Part shown: positions 1 to 12,977 of the stretch, in pieces
How the letters are laid out: every line of letters starts with the position of its first letter
Position numbering within the stretch: the first letter of the stretch is position 1
Source: Cercozoa sp. M6MM
Lineage: Eukaryota > Protista > Endomyxa: Ascetosporea
Strand: one strand, 5' to 3'
Assembly: GCA_040357565.1 (NCBI GenBank)
Contig: JBDODJ010000014.1
Length of the DNA: 64,000 nt
Made by a program: the position numbers and the translations under genes
Notes under the pieces: generated by a model
The model's input: only the letters and a program-made list of their open reading frames with translations
Told to the model about the DNA's origin: nothing
The model's database searches: none

Positions 1-1381
1 GGCAGCATTTGTAAACCCAATGGGAGGCACCAAGCAGGTGCCCACCACCGACAGGTCATCAAGCAGCGACTGGTCGGGCACTTGAGGCACCATGGTCACC
101 TGTGCTCCCGTTCGCACCATAAAACACAACAGTCCACCGGCGCAGTCGTCGTCACACAGACACTTGCGGCCGACTGGCTGCAAAGTCGCTGCTGGATAGG
201 AACAAGCACCGTCCACCGTGGCGAAACCTTGAGGGTTCAGGTCGCGGTTTCCCGTTCCCAAGGCAAAGGACGTGGTGACCTCAACACCGACTGCATTTAT
301 ACAACATAGGTATAAGCGTCTTGGTATCATATGAGAGAAGTAGTGTATTCAGGTCAAGATACGACGGTGCTTGCCGTGCAGCTCGGGCAGCGCGCTGGCG
401 ACGTGCGCGAGGCACGTGCCGTCTGCTTGACAGGCGAGATCAGGGTCAAACAGCGCGCATGTGTCATCAGGTGCCAACATGCAAGGTCCTCCTCTGCGCG
501 TCGAGGCAAGGTGAAGAAGAGTCAAAACGAGGTAAAATTGGGAAACTTTAGGCAGTAGAGTATCATCTATATTGTCGTATAAACTTACAGGCCATTGTCG
601 GGAGTGGGCGCGGCGTAGGGGAAGAGCGTCTTGGCCTCGGGCACGCTGATCTGCAGCTGCGGGACGCATTCGCTTCCCTGCAGTCAACCATCATAAGTCC
701 TGCATATAACATCTGGTGTAAACTTACAGTACTGTAAATTTACCTCGGGGTTGCAGTGACCCAGCCAAAAGCGCGTCGAGCACAGCGGCGTGTCTCCGTT
801 GCCAATCTATACTCCATGCAGTGTTCAGTTTAGTTGTCCTGGATGTAAGTTTATACTGACTGTGCATGAAGTGATTGTACCAGGCAAGGCTTGCCCTCGG
901 GACACAGACAGTCGGCCTCGATCTGCATTGGGAAGTTAGAGTGGACAATTCAAGATCCCCGTTGGTACTGAAAACGGCGTAGGCTCTGTACCTTGCCAGA
1001 GTTGAAGACCACGGGAGTGCAGGCACGCACTCCAAAGAAGGCGTGCTGTTCACAGGTTTAGTGTGTTTATGTAAATTGCATTTGAGTGTCAGTTGAGACA
1101 TACAGAGTACTCGTACTGTACTGTACCTTCTTGCAGATGAAGGGCGCTCCCGCTAGCGTAGTGCGCAGCAGCACGGAGGAAGCCTCGGTGGTGGAAACGC
1201 ACCCGTTGTCCTTGTCGCACACACCCGAGCAGCACACGGAGGGATCCACGTGACCATGATCGTCTATGCACTTGCCGAAACGGATGCACGTCGGACGCAT
1301 GATGGACAGCGGCACCAGTTGATCGGCTTGCGCCGTTGGCACGAACGAGAGCGCAGTTGCTCCGATGCAGAGCAGTTTCAT
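1..1381 (-). CDS. Secreted cysteine-rich repeat protein, paralog A (multi-exon, 3' end runs off window)
   Basis: Signal-peptide-like start MKLLCIGATALSFVPTAQA|DQLVPL at 1381. GT-AG spliced exons give HAFFGVRACTPVVFNSGK, IEADCLCPEGKPCL, IGNGDTPLCSTRFWLGHCNPE, GSECVPQLQISVPEAK, GGPCMLAPDDTC and KCLCDDDCAGGLLC. Exon-by-exon similarity to 21707-23447. Confidence 0.8.
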
Positions 1382-1653
1382 GCTTCAGTCCCCAAGCAAC
1401 GTTGTCGACGATGGAGCGATGGATCAATGGTAACCGGTCGTCACACTGCACTGTTTACCTTAATTAAATTTAGGCAGTAGGAGCGCTTACATGCGCAGCG
1501 TTTTTGCTCCTTGGATAAAAGCGAAAATTGACGATAATTTACTTCGACTCGCAACACAACTGTCGTCAGGAAATGATCGTTTTGGTCGCTATTCTCGACA
1601 ATACTAGTATGTGATGTCGGGTATTGCCGAACTGAACGCGCACGATGGGGCGT

Positions 1654-2616
1654 TCAGAACTGCACCAACATATCGCCAAAGTGGTGCGAGGTGCCTCCCG
1701 ATCGTCTGACTGCCGGTGCAGGGGGCTCGCCGTTGACGTTGTTGGGCTGCACGTTGATGTTGGCATTCGGGTTGGGACCCATGTTCATCCGTGAGTTGCA
1801 GGGCGCGCTGTAGTTTGCTTGAATCGAGTACTGTTGCTGTTGCTGCGGGTACTGTCGCGGCATGTCTTTATACCAAGCACGTTTCCCATATGCAACACCA
1901 CAGGGACTAGGAGGAGGGATGATACCTTCACCATCCGCAGCACTAGTGTGGTATGTGTACGTCACCGGATGCTGCAGTCCAGGCGGCATTGCCTGCGTGT
2001 ACTGCATGGTGTGCATTGCCACGGCTTGGTTTTGCTGCTCCTTTTGGCGTCGTCTCCATCCAGCTGCCAGGAGCAAAAGATGAAACACACTGACGAAAAG
2101 ACAGCCTCGAAACAAGCTTACCGCAGCAGAGTTTGGGCACAGCGTCGGGGCAGTAGATCATCATTATGCCAACTACACACGCCGCCACGACTACCACTCC
2201 GATCACGATCGCCTACCAGTAAAACAACCGCACCGTGTAAGTTTACTTGGTAGTAAAATAACAGCTATTGAAAAAAAGAGAGTTACAGTTTTGCTGGCGG
2301 ATTCGTTATGCGTGCTGTTCGTCGTACAGGATCGAAGTGCCGTGAAGGAGCAGTATGCTGCTCCCAAAGAAGAGGTCAAACATTGTATTTTCACAGTACT
2401 GTACAGTTTAACCAAAGCATCAGAGTACAGTCGGTGGTATTTGAGCAGTCGATGCGACTTCAGAGATTCCAATTCAGGTAATAAACGAATCAATAATTTA
2501 CAAGAGAGAAGGCACGTACATTGGTCGGGGACTGTGTGTCGTTGTGTAGTCACGAAAGTGAAAGCATTGATCGGACGAGATGTTGGATTTAAAGTTGAAT
2601 TCAACTACAAGGGCGG

Positions 2617-2666
<50 letters not shown>

Positions 2667-2676
2667 NNNNNNNNNN

Positions 2677-2730
<54 letters not shown>

Positions 2731-3372
2731 AAGCGCGCACGCACATAGTAAATATGATGCAGGCTGTAAAAGATACAGAGTAATTTTATCGATACCAGCA
2801 GTGTGACCGTCGATAGAGAGCGAGCCCGACGAGTTGCTGTTCACGGAAACCAGCAAAGCCATCTGTCTGCAAATGAAACACCCCGTGAGCATCTGTCTGA
2901 CGGGTGTCGATACACGTATGAGGAACGTACGACGAGGGATCACTTGCAGGATCGACTGTACAGGCTTCATGCAGTTCGTTTCCGAAATGGTACTCGAAAG
3001 TTTTGCTGCGCAATTAGGCACTTCAGGTGGCACTGACATTATCCCTTACGCGTCCAGTTTATACCTCTCTCCGGGTTGCACTATAAACGAAAGAGTAGGG
3101 ACAACGCGGTCATCTTGCCAACTGCGTGAATCGAACCCCATTCAACTGACATCACAGCACAGAACAGTTTTGTTTACTGGTAAGAACTGGAGTCCGGTAG
3201 CGAGCACGCGCCGATGCGCAGACAAGACGACGTATTGTGCGCGCTGACATACCATCATCATCACCACCAGTCTGGTTGAGCATGATCAAGAAATGATGGT
3301 ATTTTACTACTCCGCGGCTGCTCGGGTCACCATCGCCGCAAGCGCCAACAAGTTGCTCGCGGAGAATCGCAT
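1654..3372 (-). CDS. Hypothetical type I membrane protein (signal peptide, Cys-containing ectodomain, TM, Gln/Pro/Tyr-rich tail)
   Basis: MRFSASNLLALAAMVTRAAA at 3372; TM exon AIVIGVVVVAACVVGIMMIYC at ~2218-2150; last exon WRRRQKEQQ...QYPQQQQQY ending 1654. Internal exons only partly resolved. Confidence 0.55.
2620..2722. repeat. (CA)n microsatellite, intronic, with 10-N gap
   Basis: Direct inspection. Confidence 0.95.
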
Positions 3373-3519
3373 CGCTACGTTTTCCTGGGCCGAAACTGAC
3401 TCAATCACGTCACCTGTCAGTGACGCTGTTAGTAGTCGCGACGTCTCTCCCGTCACAACGGTTATTCCCGGATAAAACGTGATCGGGACCAAAGTTCGGT
3501 GAACCCGGCAAAAGGTACC

Positions 3520-5300
3520 CTAGTACTGTCGGCAGCAGGGAGCGAAGTGAGTTCCAATTGGTCTCTTCAAAAGGTACCAATGGCATCCTCAGTCCTGAAC
3601 CAAACCGTTGTCTAGATAGTGATGGTTGTTTTGCAGCTAAAACTAAAACGTCTGAGCGGTCGCCACTTTACACGACTAAATTGTATTGGTACGACTCAAT
3701 TGTAAATCTGAATTCGAGCGCTCCTGCAAAAGTTGCAACAGAGCGCTGCCTTTGCGCACGACGCTGTAGCGCACTTGTTCACACAGCGACTGGAGCTGTG
3801 AGTGCACAGAGTCCTCCTTAACATATCACACGGGCGTCGAAGTTTGTTTTACAGGTACCTGCGAGACCACGAAAGAAGACTGCGTGTCAGTTCCCAGCTC
3901 ACCGAGAAGCGTTTCCACTAAGAGTTGTCCCGTCGTAAACACAGCAACCAAACAGTCTCAATGGTGCAGTATTCACAGTACCTCGCTTCAAGGCGGCATG
4001 CACCTCCGCAGCGATCGAGCTGCTCAGCGTCAGGAAATGGTACCTGTGGACGACTTGCCGATCAGACACCGGGGAGTACAGTGCCGCCTCTGCTCGTGCT
4101 TGAACTCGGGCCATTCGTTTCTGCGTGTTACTCTCAGTGCCTTCTACCTGAAACAAAGAACTTGACAGAGATACCGTACCCGGGATTTCAGTCGCGTGGG
4201 TGATATGGCAGCAATTAAGTCATCCAGAGCGAGCTGCAGGAGACTCCACTTGCGTCCTCGGGTGTGTCTGCCAATTAAATAGGATAAAGACGGGACGATC
4301 TTTTCTATATAAATTTTTACTAGTTTAATTTGGTACGCCATGATGTGCTGTCGGCACAATCGGACTGAGTCTGTTTTTTGCACAGCACAATTGAATCAGC
4401 AGGCGCAGATCATGGGAATTTGAGGGTACCCACAAGCAGACGAAGCGGAAGCTTGGAACTGCAGGCATCTTCAGTTTCACTGGAGCTCCTGCCGTTTCTG
4501 CCGCTGCGACTCTGACTCCTGTTGTCTCCTTCTTTTGTTCCCTGTGCGGCTTCGGTGTCGCCACTTTTAGATCTAAATGGTGCCGGTTCTTGGGCGACAG
4601 TTGGTTGGAACTTGGGATCAGGAGTTCGACGTTTGCAGGTTCTCGCATCCGTCTCGCCGTCGTTGTGCGAGTTATTTTCATCGAGTTGCTGCACGGACAT
4701 AAGTGGATTGTCTTCGCACAGCGAGTTTTGTTCTGCTTGAGCTGCCTCCTGATCGTCTTCGGCCGATTCGCTTTCATCCAAACTTTGTTCTCCTGGGCTC
4801 TTTCTGCACAACATTTTATCGATGATATTGTGTCAGGATACATGGCACCCTCCCGTTTCTGTGTAGGTACCGAAGTGGCTGTCCACGACAGTTGAGTCCG
4901 CACTTTCGCATCAGTGCCCTTCTACAATCCCGTCAAAGCTGGTATCTCAATTGAGTGCAGTGAGACGGTTATTGATACCTCAAACGCATGCGCAAGACAT
5001 CGACGGTGACACCGGGCGAAAACTTCGAAACCCACTGACGACACTGGTCGGCCGTCACGCGGATATCGCCTTTCACTTTAACATGCGCAAACCGCGTTCT
5101 GCAACACATCGCAGCACCAGGTCACCTTAAATTCCAGAAAGCCAAGAACTCACTTCACCAGGTCGTCCAAAACCGCCTCATCTTGCGCACCAAATTTTGT
5201 CATTCTGGCATCTACAAAGAACGCTAGAGGGCTGACTCTATCTCGACACTCTGTTGGATGTCGAAATTCACTATTAGCCTCCATTCTGGCGTGCGAGGCG
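3520..5300 (-). CDS. Hypothetical protein with acidic low-complexity N-terminal region (multi-exon)
   Basis: Long exon 4430-4850 (SLDESESAEDDQEAAQAEQ) splices in frame to further exons (DSVRLCRQHIMAYQIKL; VETLLGELGTDTQSSFVVSQ; EDSVHSQLQSLCEQVR). Both ends uncertain. Confidence 0.4.
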
Positions 5301-5509
5301 TGGAGTTCACTCGGCTTTTTGACTGTGCGGTCATCAGCAACGAAAGCTGACGGCGCTCCCTTTCGCTGGCCGGGCGCCGGCCGAGTTACATATGCATTGC
5401 GTTGACCTTTCTCGTCTGTTTCCGTTCAAGTTTTCTTCAGACCGCTCCCAAACGAAACGAAAGAGGATTAAATTGGTTAACGTTCCTTCTGGCTTCAGTC
5501 ACGTCACAT

Positions 5510-5909
5510 TTACTGCGGCTTGTAGTAGTTAGTCGGCACAAAGGGCATCGACGACACCGTGGCCGGCAGCTCCTTGTTGCGCACCACGGCCTATCGTATA
5601 GGCAGACAGTGAGCAAGATATGCACAAGCAGAAGACCTGGCTACCTTGAGCTCGGTGCCGATGGCTGCGTAGTCGGGATGCACGTACGCCATGGCCACAG
5701 GGCGCTGCAGCGTGGGCGAGAATGCGCCCGAGGTGACCTCGCCGACCTCCTTGTCTACACAGAGAGACGGAAGTGCTGTACTGCAAGGGCCTCGTGTGGG
5801 ACTGAAGATACCATCGTGCATGAGTACAGCGCCGCTGCGAGCAGCCTGGCGGCCCTCCAGCAACAAACCGACGCGCTTCTTCTCCACTGCGTCAATGCAC
5901 AACATACAC

Positions 5910-5944
<35 letters not shown>

Positions 5945-6270
5945 AGTGCAAGGGTTTACCCGGGATGGTGCCTTCGATCTGACCGCGGACAACATCGCCA
6001 CCCGGGAAGGGGCACGAGCGGCGACGCGGCTTGCTGTTCAACAGCCATAGCGGGGTACCTTTCAATGAGGACACAGAATTGGACAACGGAACCCTACCTG
6101 ATGGTCCACAGCAAGTCAGCCTCCACCGGCGTCGTCTCTTCGTCAAGGTCGTTGCCGTACAGACACAGGCCTAAGCAATTAGGGTACAACTCGTACATAT
6201 TTATATACCTACATACATCGTCTATACCGATGTATGCGTAAATAAATAAATAAGTAAATAAATAAATCAA

Positions 6271-6302
<32 letters not shown>

Positions 6303-7608
6303 TAAAAGGACAGGGCACCAGCCTCGAGACGCAGCGCATCACGAGCACCCAGACCAGCGAGAACGACTCCCTCCTGTTCCGACAGTGTCTCTACGGGCAC
6401 ACATCGATGCATAGGCGAAGCGAGGCAGGAAGCACACGGTACGAGCCAGGGCAGCGGCCTTGTCCTCGTCGATGGAGATCTCAAAGCCGTCCTCGCCCGT
6501 GTAGCCACTGCGCGTGGCCACCACGTCGGCGCTACTGCCGTCCGACAGCGCCAGCGTCAGCGGCACGGCGTCGAAGAAGCCCACCTGCGACAGGTCCTGC
6601 TGGCTTAGCTTCTCCACGATGCCGGCGGCCTTGGGGCCCTGTGAAGTAATACATTGATATACACGTTATGTATATACATATAGATTGATGGACAGACCTG
6701 CAGAGCCAGCAGCGACTTGGGCAGGCGCGTGTACGAGACCTCGCCTACAGTCAGTACCTACCACATCTTTGTTTAATACAAGGAAAAGACCATACCATCA
6801 AAGGCGGCAATCATGGCATCCAGATGGGCCAGGTCTATACAGGCCAATGTCTATACGGGGGGGGGGGGGGTAAGCACTGCATTACCCTCCTTGATGCGCG
6901 CAGCATTGACGACAAGGATGTGGTGGTCCTGTACCCCCGACTAGCTTGTTCAGTCAACAACATAATTCAAGAAAGCGAGGTACGTCCGAGGCAGCGCGCG
7001 TCACAATGGCGTCGTCGATGAGGCCGCCCTTGTCGTTGGTGATGAGCGTGTACCTGCAGGGGGGCATTAGTGCAACTAAACAAAGGAGGTATCACGGGAA
7101 AGTACCGACCCTGGCCAGGCTTGAGTGCCTTGACCGACGAGACCACAACGTTGCTCTATGCCCATACCATACACCTACAAAGCAAAGGGACAAATGACAC
7201 ACGACCTTACCAGGAAGTCCACGCGGTCCTTGCCTTCGAAACGCAGCTGTGTCAGCAACAAGATACAAAACACAGAGCAAGTCAGTGCATACCAAACGGA
7301 CACACAAACACACCTGTCCCATGTGCGACACGTCGAACAGACCGGCGCCGTTGCGCGTGCCGAGCGTCTCCTTGATGACGCCGCCATTCTCGCCCTTGTA
7401 CTGCACCGGCATCGCGTAACCGGCGAACTCGACCAGCTTACCGCCCTTCTCTACGCACAGATACTCGTGTCGACGTACACACACACACACACCAAGAGGC
7501 GGCGCATTTTATTTCACCCTCATGGAAGGCGTGCAGTGCCGTCTGCAGCACCCAGCGACGCTGAACCGCGAAACGCGCGCCACGGCGAGCCAAAGCACCT
7601 GACACCAT
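5510..7608 (-). CDS. gcvT: Aminomethyltransferase, glycine cleavage system T protein (mitochondrial)
   Basis: Motifs [71 protein letters not shown], and C-terminus [12 protein letters not shown]. Confidence 0.95.
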
Positions 7609-7962
7609 TCCAATGTGATCTCGCACACACAAGCACCTAAACGTCTTGCTTTTTGTAGTGACGTCCCGGGACCAATCGGCGATCACTGAGTCCAGTTATG
7701 GGTCCGTTTGGCAGAAACGATCAGCATTGACAGTGACACGACAACTTTCTGAGTCAGTCACTCTGCACCTTTCATTCATTTTTTGCCGTATTTTCACCGC
7801 ACTAAACAGTCAGGTGGGTTGCATTGCTGTCTTGTTAGACTATGTGCTGTACAAGAGCCTTTTTGCCCTCTGGCGAAAATGCGAGAATCTTGCTCACTCT
7901 GGCTCGTTTCGATTTTGTATTTTGCCCCCGTCAATTGTATTGCACATTGCAGAACCCGAAGT

Positions 7963-9249
7963 ATGTCCGTTCAAATCGACGCGTCCAACATCGCCTTGTA
8001 CTGCAGCCTATCTCCCCGAGCTCTGGTGCTTACTTTTACGTTTGTGTCAAAAAACCAGGCTCGGCAGCGACGTCGAGCTCGAAGCGCGCAAGAATGCCGC
8101 CGCCAGCGAGGATGAGTTCCAGGGGTAACTCACTTTGACCCCACGAGCTCTTGGATTGGTGTTCTTTACCCCATCCTGCGTCGTAGAGCCGGTGACCAGA
8201 CAGGCATTGAGAAGTGGCGCATCGTAAACTTTGGCGTGCGGCGCGAAGTGGACACGCCGCTGGACACGTTCTACGACGGCGACTGCTACATTGTGCTATA
8301 CACGGTACCCCTTCAGGCTTCTTCTGCTCTCAATACTTCGCTTCTGTGTATATTTGTATGCCGACGTGTAGTACACCAAGGGCAACTCGGAGAAAAAACA
8401 CTACAATGTGCATTTCTGGATCGGAAACGACTGCACGCAGGACGAGTCCACCGTTGCCGGTACTTACTCTTGTCTTGATGCAGTGTATTGCTTTAACATG
8501 TCGGTGTGCGCAGCCTACAAGACGGTTGAACTTGATGACCTTCTGGGCTGCGCGCCGGTGCAGTACCGCGAGGTGCAAGGCCACGAGTCGGTTGAGTTCC
8601 TCAAGCTGTTTGGCGGCAAGCTGCAGCTTCTCTCGGGCGGCGTCGACTCTGCCTTCAACGTTGTCAAGCCGGAGGAGTACGTGCCGCGCCTGCTGCACGT
8701 CAAGGGCAGCAGTACCATGACATCCTATGTGTCGTAGCTTGTGTGTGTGACTCTCCTTGATGCATGCATTTTTTGGTCTGTAGGCAAGACGGTGCGTGTC
8801 ACGCAGGTCGAGAAGGCGGTCTCGGCGATGAATGTCGGCGATGTTTTTGTTCTCGACTGCGGTCTGCGTCTCTTTGTCTTCTTTGGCGAGGAGAGCGCGC
8901 ACTGGTGCGTCCGTGTCTCTTGTATCGGTGTATCTGTAGGGTGTAAACTGTATCCATCTTGTGTGGGTTTGTGTTGTCACAGGGAGCGTCGCAAGGGTAA
9001 CACGATCGCCAACGAGCTGCGCGAGCAGCGACTTGGCAAGCCGACCATTGAGATCGTCGACGGTTCCGATGGTGCCCTGTGCTTAACGCACTCTCGCTTC
9101 GATTTTATAAAACACCTCTGCCTGTCTGTGTCTAATACGTGCATTTTAAGCAGACGATAACGAGGCCTTTTGGGCCGAGTTCGGTGGCAAGAGCGAGGTG
9201 CCGCCTGCCTCAGCCGGTGGTGACGACAACGAGGTCACGCAGATGGTGC

Positions 9250-9299
<50 letters not shown>

Positions 9300-9309
9300 N
9301 NNNNNNNNN

Positions 9310-9398
<89 letters not shown>

Positions 9399-9851
9399 GC
9401 TGCCCCGTTGGCTTGTCACATGCTTACTTTCGGCAGGAGAAGCGTCTGTATCAGCTGTCGGACGAGACGGGCGAGCTCGTGTGCACGCAGCTGCCGAGCG
9501 TGACGCGCGACTCGCTCAACTCGGTCGACGTGTTCCTGCTCGACATGGTTCCTCTGCTTTTGCACCCTGCTTCAACTACGCATCCTTGAATCCATCATCT
9601 GTCCTTGTTCTTTGTGCAGGGCGTCCAAATCTTTGTCTTTGTCGGCGAGGGCAGCTCCAAGGCCGAAAAGGCCAACGCCATGCAGTACGCCACGGGCTTC
9701 GTCACTCAGGTAGACTTGGGTATTTCAGAGGGAGGAAGGTTGCGCATCCGTACCTGGTGTGGTGTAGACCGGCCGCCCGGCGTACACGCCCATCACGCGT
9801 ATCGTGGAGGGCGGTGACGAGCCTGCCGCCTTCACCAAGGCCTTTGACTAA
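7963..9851 (+). CDS. Severin/fragmin-like three-domain gelsolin-family actin-severing protein (11 exons)
   Basis: MSVQIDASNIALLGSDVELEARKNAA, FYDGDCYIVL, HFWIGNDCTQDE..AAYKTVELDD, QYREVQGHES, PRLLHVKG, MNVGDVFVLD, LYQLSDETG. Fully spliced with 10 GT-AG introns to TAA at 9849-9851. Confidence 0.93.
9253..9392. repeat. (CT)n microsatellite in gelsolin intron 8
   Basis: Direct inspection; 10-N gap inside. Confidence 0.95.
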
Positions 9852-10229
9852 AGTTCAGGCGTGGCCTGCCTCCCGTTCGTCGACCGACGCAATAAACGAC
9901 CAACTGCAATATTCATTTCCGTGACCTTATTATAAGGGCCCTGGTCGGCGCACATGTGTAACAACCGAAACGCACGTACGCCGAGACGAAAACAATTTCA
10001 GTTTTACACGTACAGGAGACGGAATACACGACAGAAATAAATCAAAGGAGACGAATGCCACGCAACACGACACGACGCATAACGCGACACCGGTTGATCG
10101 AACGACTCGACGTCGACAGACTCCGAGACGGGATCGGTAGTAGTTTAATAAACTCTAGTTAGCACATGCAGGCCCTTGACTCGCCCAGTGACTTGCAATG
10201 TGCAGAGCGAGACGAGGCAGACCAGTGTC

Positions 10230-10262
10230 TCAGTTCTCCGGGACCGAGAGCAGGTACTCACG

Positions 10263-10302
<40 letters not shown>

Positions 10303-12208
10303 GGCGGGGGGGGGGGGGGTAAGTTCAGGCGTACCAGCTCTTGACGGGCAGGGCGCGCTGCATGCCGCCGCAGCGGTGCACGTACTGCATGGCGTCGGCG
10401 AATAGCAAGCCGAGCTTGATGTTGCACAGCAGCGGCACGCCGAAATCAATGGCGGCACGTCGAATCATGAAGCCTGACATGACAGCATACATATATATAT
10501 ATATATATATATAAATATTTTTAGATATATCGAGACAGGGGTACCATTGGTGACGGAGCGTCGCGTGAGACTCTCGGGCACGTTGATGACGAGGTCGATG
10601 GCGCCGCTCTTGAGCAGTGGCACCACGTCGGGAATCTCCTCTTGTGCCTGGTCGATCGAGGCATCCTCCGTCTCCGAAGACGAGGGATCGTCCTCCTTGC
10701 TCACACCCGCCGACATGGGCTTGCGCACCATGCCACACGGCACGTGGTGCCGCCGCAGGAAACTCGCCGTACCACGCGTGCCCACCAGCTTGTAGCCCAG
10801 ACTCTGGGGGGGGGGGGGTAAAGATGGTGGATGAGTGGGGACAAAGCTACCACAAGAGTCTGCGCAGCCGGCAGGAACTCGGCCACGGCGAGCGACGACA
10901 GCGTAACCAGCAACGTCGCGCCAGTGTGCGGTGCCGGAAGTTTCACGCCCTACACAGGAGGATAGGGGGGAGGGGGTAAACAGGGGGTAGGGGTACAGTG
11001 GACAGGATGGCCTTGAGGAAGGCCTCGTGCTTGTTGTCGCCCATGCAGGCCACCTCGCCCGTCGACGCCATCTCGACACGCAACGCCGGGTCGGCACCAC
11101 CTGTGGTAGGGGGTACAAAGAGTGGAGGGAGAGGGGTACAGACAACACACGCAAGCGGCCGAAAGAGAATGCCGGCGCCTTGACGCAGACAAAGTCGCGC
11201 TGCAGTCGGGGGGGGGGGGGGCAAAGGGGGGGGGGGGGGGGGGTAAAGCAGTCTACCTCGTCCAAATCGATCTTGTGTGGCACCACTGGAGTCTCCTTGG
11301 GCAGTACCTACAACAACCTTGTTTGAGATAGGCAGGCAGAGCGAACAAGCCTGTTCTACCATGGCACGCGTCGCCAGTGCAATGAAGTTCGCGTTGAGTG
11401 TTTTCGACACGAACGGGAACGAACGCGAGGCACGCAACTGCCGCACCACAAAGAGGTAGCGCGAGGGGGTAAGGGGGCTCAGGGGTATGGTAAAGTTACG
11501 TTGCACTCGATCACCTTGATCTCATTGTCACGCGACATCAACTGCGCGGGGAGGGGATAAAGGAGGTAGGAGTGGGGGGGGGGGGGTAAACTACCTGCAC
11601 ATTGAAGGGACCCGTGATCTTCAGTTCGCGCGCGATCTTGCGACACACGCGTTTCACGCGCTTCAGTGTCTGCGCACACATGTGACCGATCAGTCAGAGT
11701 GACCAGATCGATCAGAGTGACCACAGAGAAACACGTGCATATAGTACCTCGACATAAATCTTCTGCGCCGGCAGCACCAGCGTGGCATCACCAGAGTGCA
11801 CGCCCGCGTTCTCCACGTGCTCCGAGATGGCTGCCGGGGGGGGGGGGGGTAAAAAGATATAGGGAGGAGGNNNNNNNNNNNNNNNNNNNNNNNNNNNNNN
11901 NNNNNNNNNNNNNNNNNNNNNNNNNNNNNNNNNNNNNNNNNNNNNNNNNNNNNNNNNNNNNNNNNNNNNNATATATATATATATATATATAGTATCTACC
12001 GGGTCGGTGATGGCCTGCACGTAGCCGACCATGCCCGTGTTGAAGACAACCTCGCCGCTCACGGGCCGCACCGCGCCGAACGACTCACCCTGCTCACATC
12101 CTACATCGAGGGGGCGGCGCCCTAGGTATCGGAAGGCCCAACCTCAAACACGGTGCCATCGCGCAACTGCAGCTGGGCCGTTGCAGGCGATGTCTGCAAC
12201 TCGGCCAT
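10230..12208 (-). CDS. Carbamoyl-phosphate synthetase, fused small (glutaminase) + large subunit; most of the gene lies in the gap 11871-11970
   Basis: N-terminal [32 protein letters not shown] before the gap. After it: [59 protein letters not shown] domain [21 protein letters not shown], ending [14 protein letters not shown]. Confidence 0.9.
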
Positions 12209-12977
12209 CCTACAAAAGTACCCAACATGATAATATGATGCGACCGCCAAACTGAGCCAATGAAACTGCCCCATGCAAACAAGTGCGCACAACTGCGCAA
12301 AAGCAAACGGAACGAGCTAGCCAAAAAACGCCTGGGTGTGAAACTAAAAGAAGGCGCCAAGCGCCTACGGCACCGGATCGCGTATCCACAAGCAATGTCA
12401 GTTGTGCTGGCGCTCATAACAAGGCCCACAGCTCAGCGAACAATTTTTGCTTTGATTATAATCGCTCCTGTCACGCACGGCAAAATTGAACCTACGGATA
12501 TGGAAGGACTAAATGCAGGCAATGCGACCACTGAGTGCGTCGCACAAAGCACACGCAGCGTGGCAAGTATTTTCTTTAATCTTTTGGACCACAACAGGCC
12601 GCGATCATCGAGAGATCAGTGACGCCTCCGATCAGAGCCCAGAACGTGTCACTCGCAACTCAAGAATGATACACTTTCTGATCTCCAGAATGCAGAGCCA
12701 CGGCAGCGGTGCACGAAAGGCAAACACGGCGCCGGTGCCACAGCGCTGCAACCGGTCAACGACGAAAGCGAATTGTAGAACATGAACACTTGTGTACTAA
12801 ACCGAAAATTCGATCATACTGACCTCAAGCGTCCACTGGCCCAGGACGAGCGCTGTTTTTACGATCATCCGTCGCACGCAAACGCGAAGCCGCGAAGGCG
12901 ACGAAGGTTATCATGCCAGCGCTAGCATAGGGTACTGTGACCGATCTAACATTCTGGTACTGTACCTCCGGTCGCCG

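Noticed and set aside
11871-11970. Apparent miniature CPS (small-subunit start fused directly to large-subunit end)
   Set aside because: The junction is a 100-N scaffold gap of unknown true size, so missing sequence is the simpler explanation.
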